IMG/VR virus record: IMGVR_UViG_3300012209_000005
Coordinates: 51,416 to 115,415 of that record
Origin: a virus
DNA length: 64,000 nt
Direction: 5' to 3' (one strand)
The notes beneath the pieces were generated by a model that did no database searches, was not told the origin of the DNA, and worked only from the letters and a program-made list of their open reading frames with translations. A program made the translations under genes and the position numbers. Of this stretch, positions 9,229 to 17,079 are shown piece by piece (positions within the stretch are counted from its first letter, which is position 1; each line of letters opens with the position of its first letter).

Positions 9229-9963
9229 CTACATGGTGGTGAGCCTCTCGATGACCTGCGCCTTCGTGCCCTTGTCGGAGACGCCGCGGGTGCGGGCCAT
9301 CTTCTTCAGGGTGGCGATGTGCAGGGTGCCGAGGGGCAGGGGGGGAAGCGCAGCTTCGCTACCCGGGGTCTCGATGACGCCACCCTCGTTTTCAGGAAGG
9401 GGCAGGGACAGGTCTTCGGCAGCGCCGATCGCGGCAGCCGTATCCCGCTGCATCATGGGCATCCCGCATTCGCCGCAGAACTTGACGCCCCCCGGGTTGT
9501 CGTGCCCGTTCGCGCAGATGGTGGTGCCCTTGATGATGCGCTGGTCGAAGTTCTGGCTGAGCAGCCAGAAAGCCTCGTCGGGGATTTTCAGCCCCGCGGA
9601 CTGCAGTGCCGCCAGCGCGGAAAGCTGCTGCAGCTGCTGGGAACCGCGCTCGGCGCGGACCTTGTTGACATGCTGCTCGTCCGGGGTCGCCGGGATGCCC
9701 TCGGGGGTACTCGACCAGTGCGGGTCGGAGTCCGCGACATGCTCCATGCGCGAGGGGATGCCCTGGTCCTTGTCCCCGGGGATCACCTTGATGATCCGGG
9801 GCTTCCCGTCACCGCGCAGGTACGATTCGCAGGGGTCGCAATCCAGTTTCCAGACTTTCGCCGGGGCTCCCCGGGTCACGGGTCGGGAGTGGACATTGCC
9901 ACACCCTCCGCTCCCCCCGGGAATGGAAACGCTCATCAGGTCTGAGCGTGCGTACAGGGACAT
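9229..9963 (-). CDS. zinc-ribbon protein with C-terminal SAP-like domain
   Basis: CANGH..KFCGECG; LHIATLKKMARTRGVSDKGTKAQVIERL. Confidence 0.6.
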   Translation of the reverse strand: MSLYARSDLMSVSIPGGSGGCGNVHSRPVTRGAPAKVWKLDCDPCESYLRGDGKPRIIKVIPGDKDQGIPSRMEHVADSDPHWSSTPEGIPATPDEQHVNKVRAERGSQQLQQLSALAALQSAGLKIPDEAFWLLSQNFDQRIIKGTTICANGHDNPGGVKFCGECGMPMMQRDTAAAIGAAEDLSLPLPENEGGVIETPGSEAALPPLPLGTLHIATLKKMARTRGVSDKGTKAQVIERLTTM

Positions 9964-10078
9964 GCGCTTCTCCTTGCTGATTTGCCCCCGGCGACCGCCG
10001 GGAGGTAGACTGGGGAATCCGCTGGTTACTCACACTCGCTGGCGGAAAGCCCGGGGTGATCGTTCCGCCACTTTCCGG

Positions 10079-10429
10079 TCACTCCGGGCTGCTCATCACG
10101 GTGGCGAACTCCGGGAACATGTCCTCCATGGTGACCTGGCGGGATTCCATCTCGGACTCCAGCACGGTCTGCGCTCCGCAGCACTCGCGCTTCCACGGGT
10201 GCCACAGCTTGTTGCAGGTCACGCACCAGCGACCCTGCTTTTTAGGATCGCGGATGAACTGCTTCTCCGGGCCGGCGTCCACAAGCCCCGCGGACGCGTA
10301 CTGCTGTGCCCGCAGCGCGGGAATGTGGCGCTCGTCCACGTCCACGTGCGTTCCCGGCTTCGCCATGTACCGGGTCCCGTCCTGCGCTTTGAAGCCGAGG
10401 CACCCGGGCGGCAGGTTCACTCTGGTCAT
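10079..10429 (-). CDS. hypothetical protein with Cys motifs
   Basis: ORF with RBS in head-module gene order. Confidence 0.55.
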   Translation of the reverse strand: MTRVNLPPGCLGFKAQDGTRYMAKPGTHVDVDERHIPALRAQQYASAGLVDAGPEKQFIRDPKKQGRWCVTCNKLWHPWKRECCGAQTVLESEMESRQVTMEDMFPEFATVMSSPE

Positions 10430-10442
10430 CTGTCCCCTATCC

Positions 10443-10724
10443 TCAGTTCGTCGAGCTGACGAAGTAGCAGAAGGTGGCGGCGGTGGCGTTGCCGGTGGTG
10501 GCGTAGTAGGTGACCCCCCCGCTGCCTACCGCTGTTTCAGTGAACACCGGGGTAGCGGTGACAGGCAGCCCGCTGGTCGCGGTCACCCGGGCATTGGTCC
10601 CCACGAACACGGGCTGGGCCTGGCTCGGCTGGTAGAGGGTCACGTTGCAGTAGCCCGGGGGGACAGTGAACCCGGGAACCGTGCTATTGCCCGGGACCGT
10701 CACCGTGCCCATGATGTAGGACAC
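10443..10724 (-). CDS. small beta-rich virion protein (paralog family)
   Basis: Tandem paralog of 10726-11007. Confidence 0.65.
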   Translation of the reverse strand: MSYIMGTVTVPGNSTVPGFTVPPGYCNVTLYQPSQAQPVFVGTNARVTATSGLPVTATPVFTETAVGSGGVTYYATTGNATAATFCYFVSSTN

Positions 10725-10725
10725 A

Positions 10726-11007
10726 TCAGGCCTGGGCGGTGACGATGATGAAGTTGACGGACGCGGGCGTCGCCGCCGTGTTAGCCCCCCAGAAAGTCCC
10801 GCCCGAGCTGGACACGTAATTGACGAAGCTCGTCGGGATCGAATGGCACTGCAGCCCAGAAACCGCGCTCACCTTGTTGCTGGTCCCGACGAAGACGGTC
10901 GGCACGGACAAGCTGTAAAAGGTCACGTTGCACAGCCCCGACGGGACGGTGAACAGCGGCACCGTGCTCGTAGTAGGCACAGTCGCCTGCCCCATCACAT
11001 AAGTCAC
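10726..11007 (-). CDS. small beta-rich virion protein (paralog family)
   Basis: MTYVMGQATVP..STVPLFTVP.G.CNVT.Y pattern shared with neighbour. Confidence 0.65.
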   Translation of the reverse strand: MTYVMGQATVPTTSTVPLFTVPSGLCNVTFYSLSVPTVFVGTSNKVSAVSGLQCHSIPTSFVNYVSSSGGTFWGANTAATPASVNFIIVTAQA

Positions 11008-11016
11008 ACGCCTCCG

Positions 11017-11730
11017 TTAAAACTGCTCGCGGACCCACCGGGCATCCGCATTGAACTCCCGGCGCAGCCGGGACACCTGCATGGGCATGATCACCTTGTG
11101 CCAGTACTGCCAGGCCTGGTAGTCGGACTGGCCCCAGGTGCTCTCCGCGTACCGGTACGTCTGGTCCCGCTCCACGTTCTTGTTCACCTGGTAGTGCAGG
11201 TGCTCGAAAACCACGTCATCGTAGAAGCGGAAAAGCCCGGGGATGGCGCGCCTGCCCAGCTCCGCCCACACGTTGTCCACGTAATAGTGGTCCATGGTGG
11301 GCTCCATGAAATGCCCGAGCGCGGTGACGATATCGGAGGATATGATGATGCTCTCCGGGATGTCCGTGCGGCGCTTATCGTCCCCGTAGATCATTCCCGT
11401 GCCGCCCATGGCCTCCAGCCGGGAGAGCATGATCGTATCCCAGTGCGGGGTGGTGAACAGGTGGTCGTCCCCGATGTACATGAGCGCGTCGTAAGCCCCG
11501 GCCATCGCCGCCGCCAGGTGGTTGACTTTCTCGCGCACGCACCCCGGGGGGTCGAGCACCGGGTGCAGCGCATCCCCCCAGTCCATGCCCGCGTACGTGT
11601 CCTCGTCATCGGAGTCGAGGATGAAAGCGTGATCCGCCGAGTCCGTGTTCTCGCGGAAAGACTTGGCCATCCGCTCGCAGTTCTCGCGCCGCCACCTCGT
11701 CGGGGTCATGACCAGCAGGGAAAGAGTCAT
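11017..11730 (-). CDS. GT-A (family 2-like) glycosyltransferase
   Basis: LLVMTPTR start, YIGDDH DxD-like motif, HYYVDN, FEHLHY; ATGA overlap with upstream gene. Confidence 0.8.
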   Translation of the reverse strand: MTLSLLVMTPTRWRRENCERMAKSFRENTDSADHAFILDSDDEDTYAGMDWGDALHPVLDPPGCVREKVNHLAAAMAGAYDALMYIGDDHLFTTPHWDTIMLSRLEAMGGTGMIYGDDKRRTDIPESIIISSDIVTALGHFMEPTMDHYYVDNVWAELGRRAIPGLFRFYDDVVFEHLHYQVNKNVERDQTYRYAESTWGQSDYQAWQYWHKVIMPMQVSRLRREFNADARWVREQF

Positions 11731-12566
11731 TGCAGTTGCAGTCCTTTCCTGATTCCCTCTTCGAGCGTGATCGCGGGAGAGTAGAACTCCCGCAGCCTTC
11801 CCGGGTTCCCCACCCGCCAGGCGAGCCCCTCGGGCCTGCCTTGCAGGCATTCGGTTCCCGGGGAGTAGCCTGCTTCCGCCGCCATCATCGTGATAAGCTC
11901 CCGCAGGCTCACCGGGCGCCCGGTGCACATGTTGACGGGGCCGTCCACGCCCGCGCCTGCCATCGCGAGAATCGCGGCAGCCACGTCATCGACATGGATG
12001 AAGTCGCGCACCTGGCTCCCGGACCCCCAGATGGTCACCGGGTCCCTGCGCTGGCGGACTTGCATCGCGATGTTGGCGAACGGGAACACCAGCTTCTGCC
12101 CCTCCCCGTACACGGTGAAAGGACGGGGAACCGACACCGGGACAGACGACCGTGAGGCCAGCATTTCCCCGGTGAGCTTAGCCCACCCGTAAAGCTCGTC
12201 CGGAGCCCAGGTATCCGTCAGGTCTATATCGTTCTCGCAAAGGGCATACGGGGCTCTCTGGAGCCCTACGGGGTATGCTGCGACCGAGGAGACGTAGACG
12301 ATCCTGCCCGGACGGGTGCGCTCCGCCCAGCCGAAGAGCGCCGCGTCGATTTCCAGGTTCTCCGCGTGAGCCATCGGGGACTCGATGAGGACGCGCCCCC
12401 CGACCACGGCGGCGCAGTGAATCACCAGGTCGAAGCGGGTCCTGTCCTGGCGGAAGAAATCCCGGGCGTCACGGGCATGGTCAACCCCGGTGACGTCGCA
12501 GTCAGCCAGCCGCCCGAGTACCCGGGTGGCGATGAAACCGGCGCTGCCGGTGACGAGGACCCTCAT
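11727..12566 (-). CDS. NAD-dependent nucleotide-sugar epimerase/dehydratase
   Basis: VTGSAGFIA, YGWAK (YxxxK), RDFIHVDD. Confidence 0.9.
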   Translation of the reverse strand: MRVLVTGSAGFIATRVLGRLADCDVTGVDHARDARDFFRQDRTRFDLVIHCAAVVGGRVLIESPMAHAENLEIDAALFGWAERTRPGRIVYVSSVAAYPVGLQRAPYALCENDIDLTDTWAPDELYGWAKLTGEMLASRSSVPVSVPRPFTVYGEGQKLVFPFANIAMQVRQRRDPVTIWGSGSQVRDFIHVDDVAAAILAMAGAGVDGPVNMCTGRPVSLRELITMMAAEAGYSPGTECLQGRPEGLAWRVGNPGRLREFYSPAITLEEGIRKGLQLQ

Positions 12567-13477
12567 GCCCGAAGCGCAGCTTCAGCGAAAAGCTTGCGGT
12601 AGTAGCCGACGGTGACTGCCAGCCCGTCCTCCAGGCTGCGCATCTCATCCGCCGCGACCCCCGGCACCAGCCGGGCGGTATCAGCGAGCACCTCCGAGCC
12701 CGGGGTCTCACCCGGGCGCATCGGCAGGTACTCGATATCCGGGGTGATCCCGACCTGCCTCATCACCTCCACCCGGACCATGGACGCGATATCAGCGACA
12801 GTGGTGGCGCGTCCCGTGCCCGCGTTATACAGCGTCCCGTCCGCCGGGCCGTTCTCCAGGGCGGTCACCAGGCACCGCGCCACGTCAGCGACGTAGATCA
12901 TGTCCATGACCTGGCTCCCGTCCCCGTACACACCGATGGGCTCGCCGTGCAGGGCCCTGGCGATGAAGGAGGGGATGATCTTGCGCACCCGGGAGGTGCC
13001 CCATGGCTGGGCGACCGACTGGCCCGGACCGTAGGCGTTGAAAGCCCTGACGCTGCAGACTGGGAGGTCCCGGTATCTCGCGTACATGACGGTGAAGCGC
13101 TCGACGCACGTCTTGGAAATCGAGTATGTCGAGTACTCGAAGTGGTTGCCGACCGCGATATTCACCAGCGGCGTCCGGTACCGGGCGCAGGCCTCGCAGA
13201 TGTTCAGCCCGCCGCCGATATTCACCTCCGCCGCGGGGCGGGGGTTGGCGATCGTCTCCTGGGTGCCCAGGACGCCGGCCAGGTGGATCACCGCGTCCAC
13301 GTGGACGACCGCCTCGGTGACGGCGGTGGCATCCCGGATGTCCCCGAGGATAATCTCCTCACCGGAGTCGGGGTCGCGGTGCCTGTCGAATATCACGGCC
13401 CGGTGCCCGCGGGCCCGGAGTTCGCGGACGGTCGCGGACCCTATGAAGCCCGCCCCCCCGGTGACCAGGACTTTCAC
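12563..13477 (-). CDS. NAD-dependent nucleotide-sugar epimerase/dehydratase
   Basis: VTGGAGFIG, YSISK, FNAYGPGQ, IYVADVA; GTG start. Confidence 0.9.
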   Translation of the reverse strand: MKVLVTGGAGFIGSATVRELRARGHRAVIFDRHRDPDSGEEIILGDIRDATAVTEAVVHVDAVIHLAGVLGTQETIANPRPAAEVNIGGGLNICEACARYRTPLVNIAVGNHFEYSTYSISKTCVERFTVMYARYRDLPVCSVRAFNAYGPGQSVAQPWGTSRVRKIIPSFIARALHGEPIGVYGDGSQVMDMIYVADVARCLVTALENGPADGTLYNAGTGRATTVADIASMVRVEVMRQVGITPDIEYLPMRPGETPGSEVLADTARLVPGVAADEMRSLEDGLAVTVGYYRKLFAEAALRA

Positions 13478-13596
13478 GGGGCATCGTGCTTCGCGCAATA
13501 CGGGAAGTTCTTTCCCGTGCACTTGTACTGGCTGCACGTGTCATCCCTGCGGGCCTTATCGACCCACTCCCGGATTTTCCTCTTCCGTGATTTCAT
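13474..13596 (-). CDS. 40-aa Cys/His peptide (MKSRKRKIREW...CAKHDAP)
   Basis: Translationally coupled on both sides (ATGA and GTGA overlaps). Confidence 0.5.
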   Translation of the reverse strand: MKSRKRKIREWVDKARRDDTCSQYKCTGKNFPYCAKHDAP

Positions 13597-14129
13597 GCCG
13601 CCTTCTTCCGGAGGATAGCCATCCCGTACCGGCAGGTGACGCTCTCGCAGTCGCTGTCATCGGTCAGCAGCGTCAGGAAGTGCTGCACCGTCTCCAGCAT
13701 CACCGGATCGTAGGAGCCGTCGATGTATCGCTCGATCCCGATGAACCAGTCCTCGACGACGTAATAGCCCCCGGGGGCGACGCGGGACCACAGGAGATCA
13801 AAAGTCTCGCGGGTCAGCTTCCCGTCATGAGAAGCATCATCCACGATGAGGTCAAATGGTCCCAGCTCCGCCAGCCGGGGGCTGGTCTGGGACGCGATAA
13901 TCCTCCTCGTCCCTGCCGGAAAGGTGGCATCAGAGCTGATGTCAACCCCGGTGATATCCCCGAGCGGGAACAGGGACTGCCACATCCGCAGCGACTCCCC
14001 GTTTTCCACCCCGATCTCCAGGACCCGGACCCTGGGACCGAGAACTGACGCGAGCTTCACGTACGAGGGGAAGTAACCGTGCCGGTATATCTTGTCCGTG
14101 TTGAAATACGATTTCACCGCGCCTGCCAA
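13593..14129 (-). CDS. class I SAM-dependent methyltransferase
   Basis: VLEIGVENGES, FDLIVDDASH, PGGYYVVED. Confidence 0.85.
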   Translation of the reverse strand: MAGAVKSYFNTDKIYRHGYFPSYVKLASVLGPRVRVLEIGVENGESLRMWQSLFPLGDITGVDISSDATFPAGTRRIIASQTSPRLAELGPFDLIVDDASHDGKLTRETFDLLWSRVAPGGYYVVEDWFIGIERYIDGSYDPVMLETVQHFLTLLTDDSDCESVTCRYGMAILRKKAA

Positions 14130-14179
14130 GCTGGTTCCCGGTTAAGTGGTAATGCCAGGAACCAGCTTACAGGATTGCA

Positions 14180-14683
14180 TCAGAGCACGCCGGCGGAAAT
14201 CGTCAAAGGGGTTGCGGCCGGCGTCACGGTAGCCACCGTGGCACTTGCCGCGTGATCGTAGACAATCGGGGTCCCGGTGGTAACCACCGTGTTGCTGGCC
14301 ACCGACGAGGCAAGCACGTATTCCACGCCCGTGCTATTGCCGACGCGCAGGTACGTGCCGGCGGTCACCGCGGCTGCCACCGTGAAGCTGGTTGCGCCCG
14401 CCGCGACCGCAGCCGCGGTCAGGGTGGTAGTGGCGATAACGCCGCTGACCCCGGAGCAGGCGTACAGGTTGACATTCGCGGTCTGCAAGTCCACCGGGCG
14501 GTTCCCGGGAGCGAGCGGCAGCCCGTTACCCGGGCTGACGCCAGGGCCGCCGATGTAGGCAGTGCTGGATCCCAGGTTAACGAACCGGCACGATGCGGCA
14601 GCCCCGGGCGTGGGCGTGAACACCAGCAGCGGAGCCGGGGTCGCGACGACATTATTCGGGACGCCAGGGCCAAGGTTGGGCAT
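14180..14683 (-). CDS. virion protein, beta-rich paralog family
   Basis: FVNLGSSTAYIGG..VS..NGLPL motif. Confidence 0.6.
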   Translation of the reverse strand: MPNLGPGVPNNVVATPAPLLVFTPTPGAAASCRFVNLGSSTAYIGGPGVSPGNGLPLAPGNRPVDLQTANVNLYACSGVSGVIATTTLTAAAVAAGATSFTVAAAVTAGTYLRVGNSTGVEYVLASSVASNTVVTTGTPIVYDHAASATVATVTPAATPLTISAGVL

Positions 14684-14726
14684 AAGTTCTCCTTAAAGTG
14701 AAGAATCTCTTCAGTCGGCGGAGAAC

Positions 14727-15050
14727 TCAGACGTACGCGACGTTGAGCGCGTAGCCGACGGAAGCAGAGCCCGCGACCCCGCCCTGGGTTGCGCCCCAGA
14801 GGATCGCGCCGCCCGGGACCTGGCACTGGGTGAGGATCACCGAGCCGCCGGTCGGGACCACGAAGCTGCTCGTGGTGGCAGCAGAGGTCGCGCCCGTGCC
14901 CAGCGAGAAGAACGCGGTCGCGGTTCCGGAGTTGGTCACGACGAGATCCCTGACGTAGGCATACGTAGCCGAAGTGTTCGCAGGGACCGTGTACAGCGAG
15001 GTGGTGGTGCTGAAAGGCGTGGTGACTACCCACTGGGCGTTAATCGCCAC
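14727..15050 (-). CDS. small beta-rich virion protein, possible capsid decoration
   Basis: Immediately downstream of capsid; RDLVVTNSG motif shared with 20938-21231. Confidence 0.6.
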   Translation of the reverse strand: MAINAQWVVTTPFSTTTSLYTVPANTSATYAYVRDLVVTNSGTATAFFSLGTGATSAATTSSFVVPTGGSVILTQCQVPGGAILWGATQGGVAGSASVGYALNVAYV

Positions 15051-15097
15051 ATGTCTCCTTTGTATTTCTTGGTATTTGCGGCGACGCCGCCGTGATC

Positions 15098-15127
15098 CGA
15101 AGGAGGGCCCGGAAGGGCCCTCCTTCG
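15098..15127 (-). terminator. hairpin after major capsid gene
   Basis: 13-bp perfect stem CGAAGGAGGGCCC/GGGCCCTCCTTCG with 4-nt loop. Confidence 0.7.
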
Positions 15128-15132
15128 TTCGG

Positions 15133-17049
15133 TCAGCTGAACGGCGTGATGTCGCTGACCTGAAGTCCCTGCAGAATCCCGCTGTACATGGGGGCGTGCG
15201 CCACCATCGCGCCGAGCAGGAAGATGGAGTACCGGAAGGTCGCGTCGATGACCGGCCATGCCACGCTGATGTAGTCCTGCACCACGGTCATCTCCCACGC
15301 GTTGTCCACGTGGCTCCAGGTCTGGGGCAGCTGGTAGCTCATGAGAAGCGCGGTGCCCTGGGACATCCAGGGGTGCACGGTCAGCTTCACGGTGCTGCGG
15401 GTCACCGGGTTGACGAACTCGGCGACAGCGGCACCCGCGCGGATCCCGGAGATCTGGTCCTGCTGGATGTTCAGCAGGTAGTTGAGGCTGTTACCCTGCA
15501 GCAGCATGTCGTTGGCGAGACGCATCAGGTCACCGCCGTCGGCGACGATCTCCGACGGGTCCGCCTTGTACACGCCGGGGGCGACGTTGTTCAGCCCGTT
15601 GTTCTCCCACAGCGCATCGAGCGCGGTGAAAATCGCGTTCGTGCTCAGGTGGGTGCCGACGCCCTGGTTGACGTAGCCGCCCTTCCAGGCGTTGCTCCCG
15701 GTGAAGCCCACGTTCGCGTACGGGCCGGAGCCCTGCGCGGACAGCCCGGCCAGAGTGGGGATCAGGCCTTCCATGCGGTTGCCGCCGCCGGTCCCGGTGT
15801 CAGCGGCAGGCGGGGCGACCGCCGACGCCAGGGGACCCTGGATGGTGAAGCGGATGCCGCCGACCGCGTTCGCGGTCTGCACGCCGGCGCTGGTGACCCC
15901 GGCCTGGACAGTGGTCCCCGCCTGGAGGAAGGCGGTAGCCACGGACACGGTGGCGTTCGTGCTGACGTAGATGTTGTACTGCTGGGCCCCGGGCACCGGG
16001 TTGATGGTGACATCGGCGACAACCCCGCTCGTGCGGGACGTGGTGATATCCGTGGAAATCGCGGAGCCGACGGTCTCGCCGAAGAAGTTCAGCGCGGTCA
16101 CCGACACCGCGAAGTGCCCGGCGGTGCCGCCGCTGATCGCCGTCTCGTTGGAGCCCGGGGTGCGGAAGGCCGCGGTCACCTGGCCGGGAACCGGGAGGTT
16201 CTGGCTGGAGCCGGCCATCATCTGGTACTCCTCGCCGAGCATCATCTCCTGCAGCAGGACCAGGTTGGCAAGCGCGGAAACATCCTCGAACCCCTGCCCC
16301 TCGAACTGCGCGAGCCACGACAGCGACTCGGTGAGGCCGAAGAACCGGTAGGGGACGGAGAGCTTGAACTCGGTCTGCTTGCCCGTCTGGGGCAGCTGCA
16401 GCGGCCAGTTACCCGAGGTGCTCTGGGTGAGGGAGCCGCTGCCGACAAGCTCGGGCATGGAGATGTCCACGATGCCCTGGCCCCCGGTCTGCGACCCGGA
16501 GATCCCCAGCAGCCCGTACACCTGGCGTGCCGCGCCCTGCCCGGCGGGACGGGGGAACTTGTTGCGGAACAGGGTGTACACCGGGTAGATCAGGCGGGAC
16601 GGGGCGAGCAGGTCGAAGGGGACCAGCCCGTAGGGGACCCCGTTGAGCCCCAGGTTGCCGGCGGTGAAGCTCTTGTTCAGCTGGGCGCTCTGGTTCAGCT
16701 GGTAGGACAGCGGCGCGAAGCTGCGGTGCTGCCGGAAGTCGGTGGCCAGCGAGCCGAGCACCGCGTCGGTGTCGCGGACGCCCCGCATGGTGGCGGTGCG
16801 CACGTCAAGCGCCGCCTGGGTCGCCTTCGTCAGGATCTCGCCGGAGTGCTGCCCCTCGGACAGGGGGACGCCGTTGTTGGTCACGTGACCGACGCCCTTC
16901 ACCAGGTCCTTGGCCTTGGTGGTGAAAAGGGCCTCGTAGTCGGACCTGCGCGCTGCCGCCCCCATCTGGGCGTTCACCGCGCCGACAGGCGCGCCCGCGC
17001 CCATCGCCGGAGCGTTAAGCTCCTCGTCGGCAGTCAGAATATCTGCCAT
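15133..17049 (-). CDS. major capsid protein with inserted Ig/FN3-like domain
   Basis: Follows protease/scaffold; PFDL.APSRLIYP...RNKFPR N-terminal and VHPWMSQG...Y...WP C-terminal pattern; central T/A/G-rich insertion. Confidence 0.8.
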   Translation of the reverse strand: MADILTADEELNAPAMGAGAPVGAVNAQMGAAARRSDYEALFTTKAKDLVKGVGHVTNNGVPLSEGQHSGEILTKATQAALDVRTATMRGVRDTDAVLGSLATDFRQHRSFAPLSYQLNQSAQLNKSFTAGNLGLNGVPYGLVPFDLLAPSRLIYPVYTLFRNKFPRPAGQGAARQVYGLLGISGSQTGGQGIVDISMPELVGSGSLTQSTSGNWPLQLPQTGKQTEFKLSVPYRFFGLTESLSWLAQFEGQGFEDVSALANLVLLQEMMLGEEYQMMAGSSQNLPVPGQVTAAFRTPGSNETAISGGTAGHFAVSVTALNFFGETVGSAISTDITTSRTSGVVADVTINPVPGAQQYNIYVSTNATVSVATAFLQAGTTVQAGVTSAGVQTANAVGGIRFTIQGPLASAVAPPAADTGTGGGNRMEGLIPTLAGLSAQGSGPYANVGFTGSNAWKGGYVNQGVGTHLSTNAIFTALDALWENNGLNNVAPGVYKADPSEIVADGGDLMRLANDMLLQGNSLNYLLNIQQDQISGIRAGAAVAEFVNPVTRSTVKLTVHPWMSQGTALLMSYQLPQTWSHVDNAWEMTVVQDYISVAWPVIDATFRYSIFLLGAMVAHAPMYSGILQGLQVSDITPFS

Positions 17050-17079
17050 ACATCTCCTTTGCAGGAAAGAAAAGTTCTC

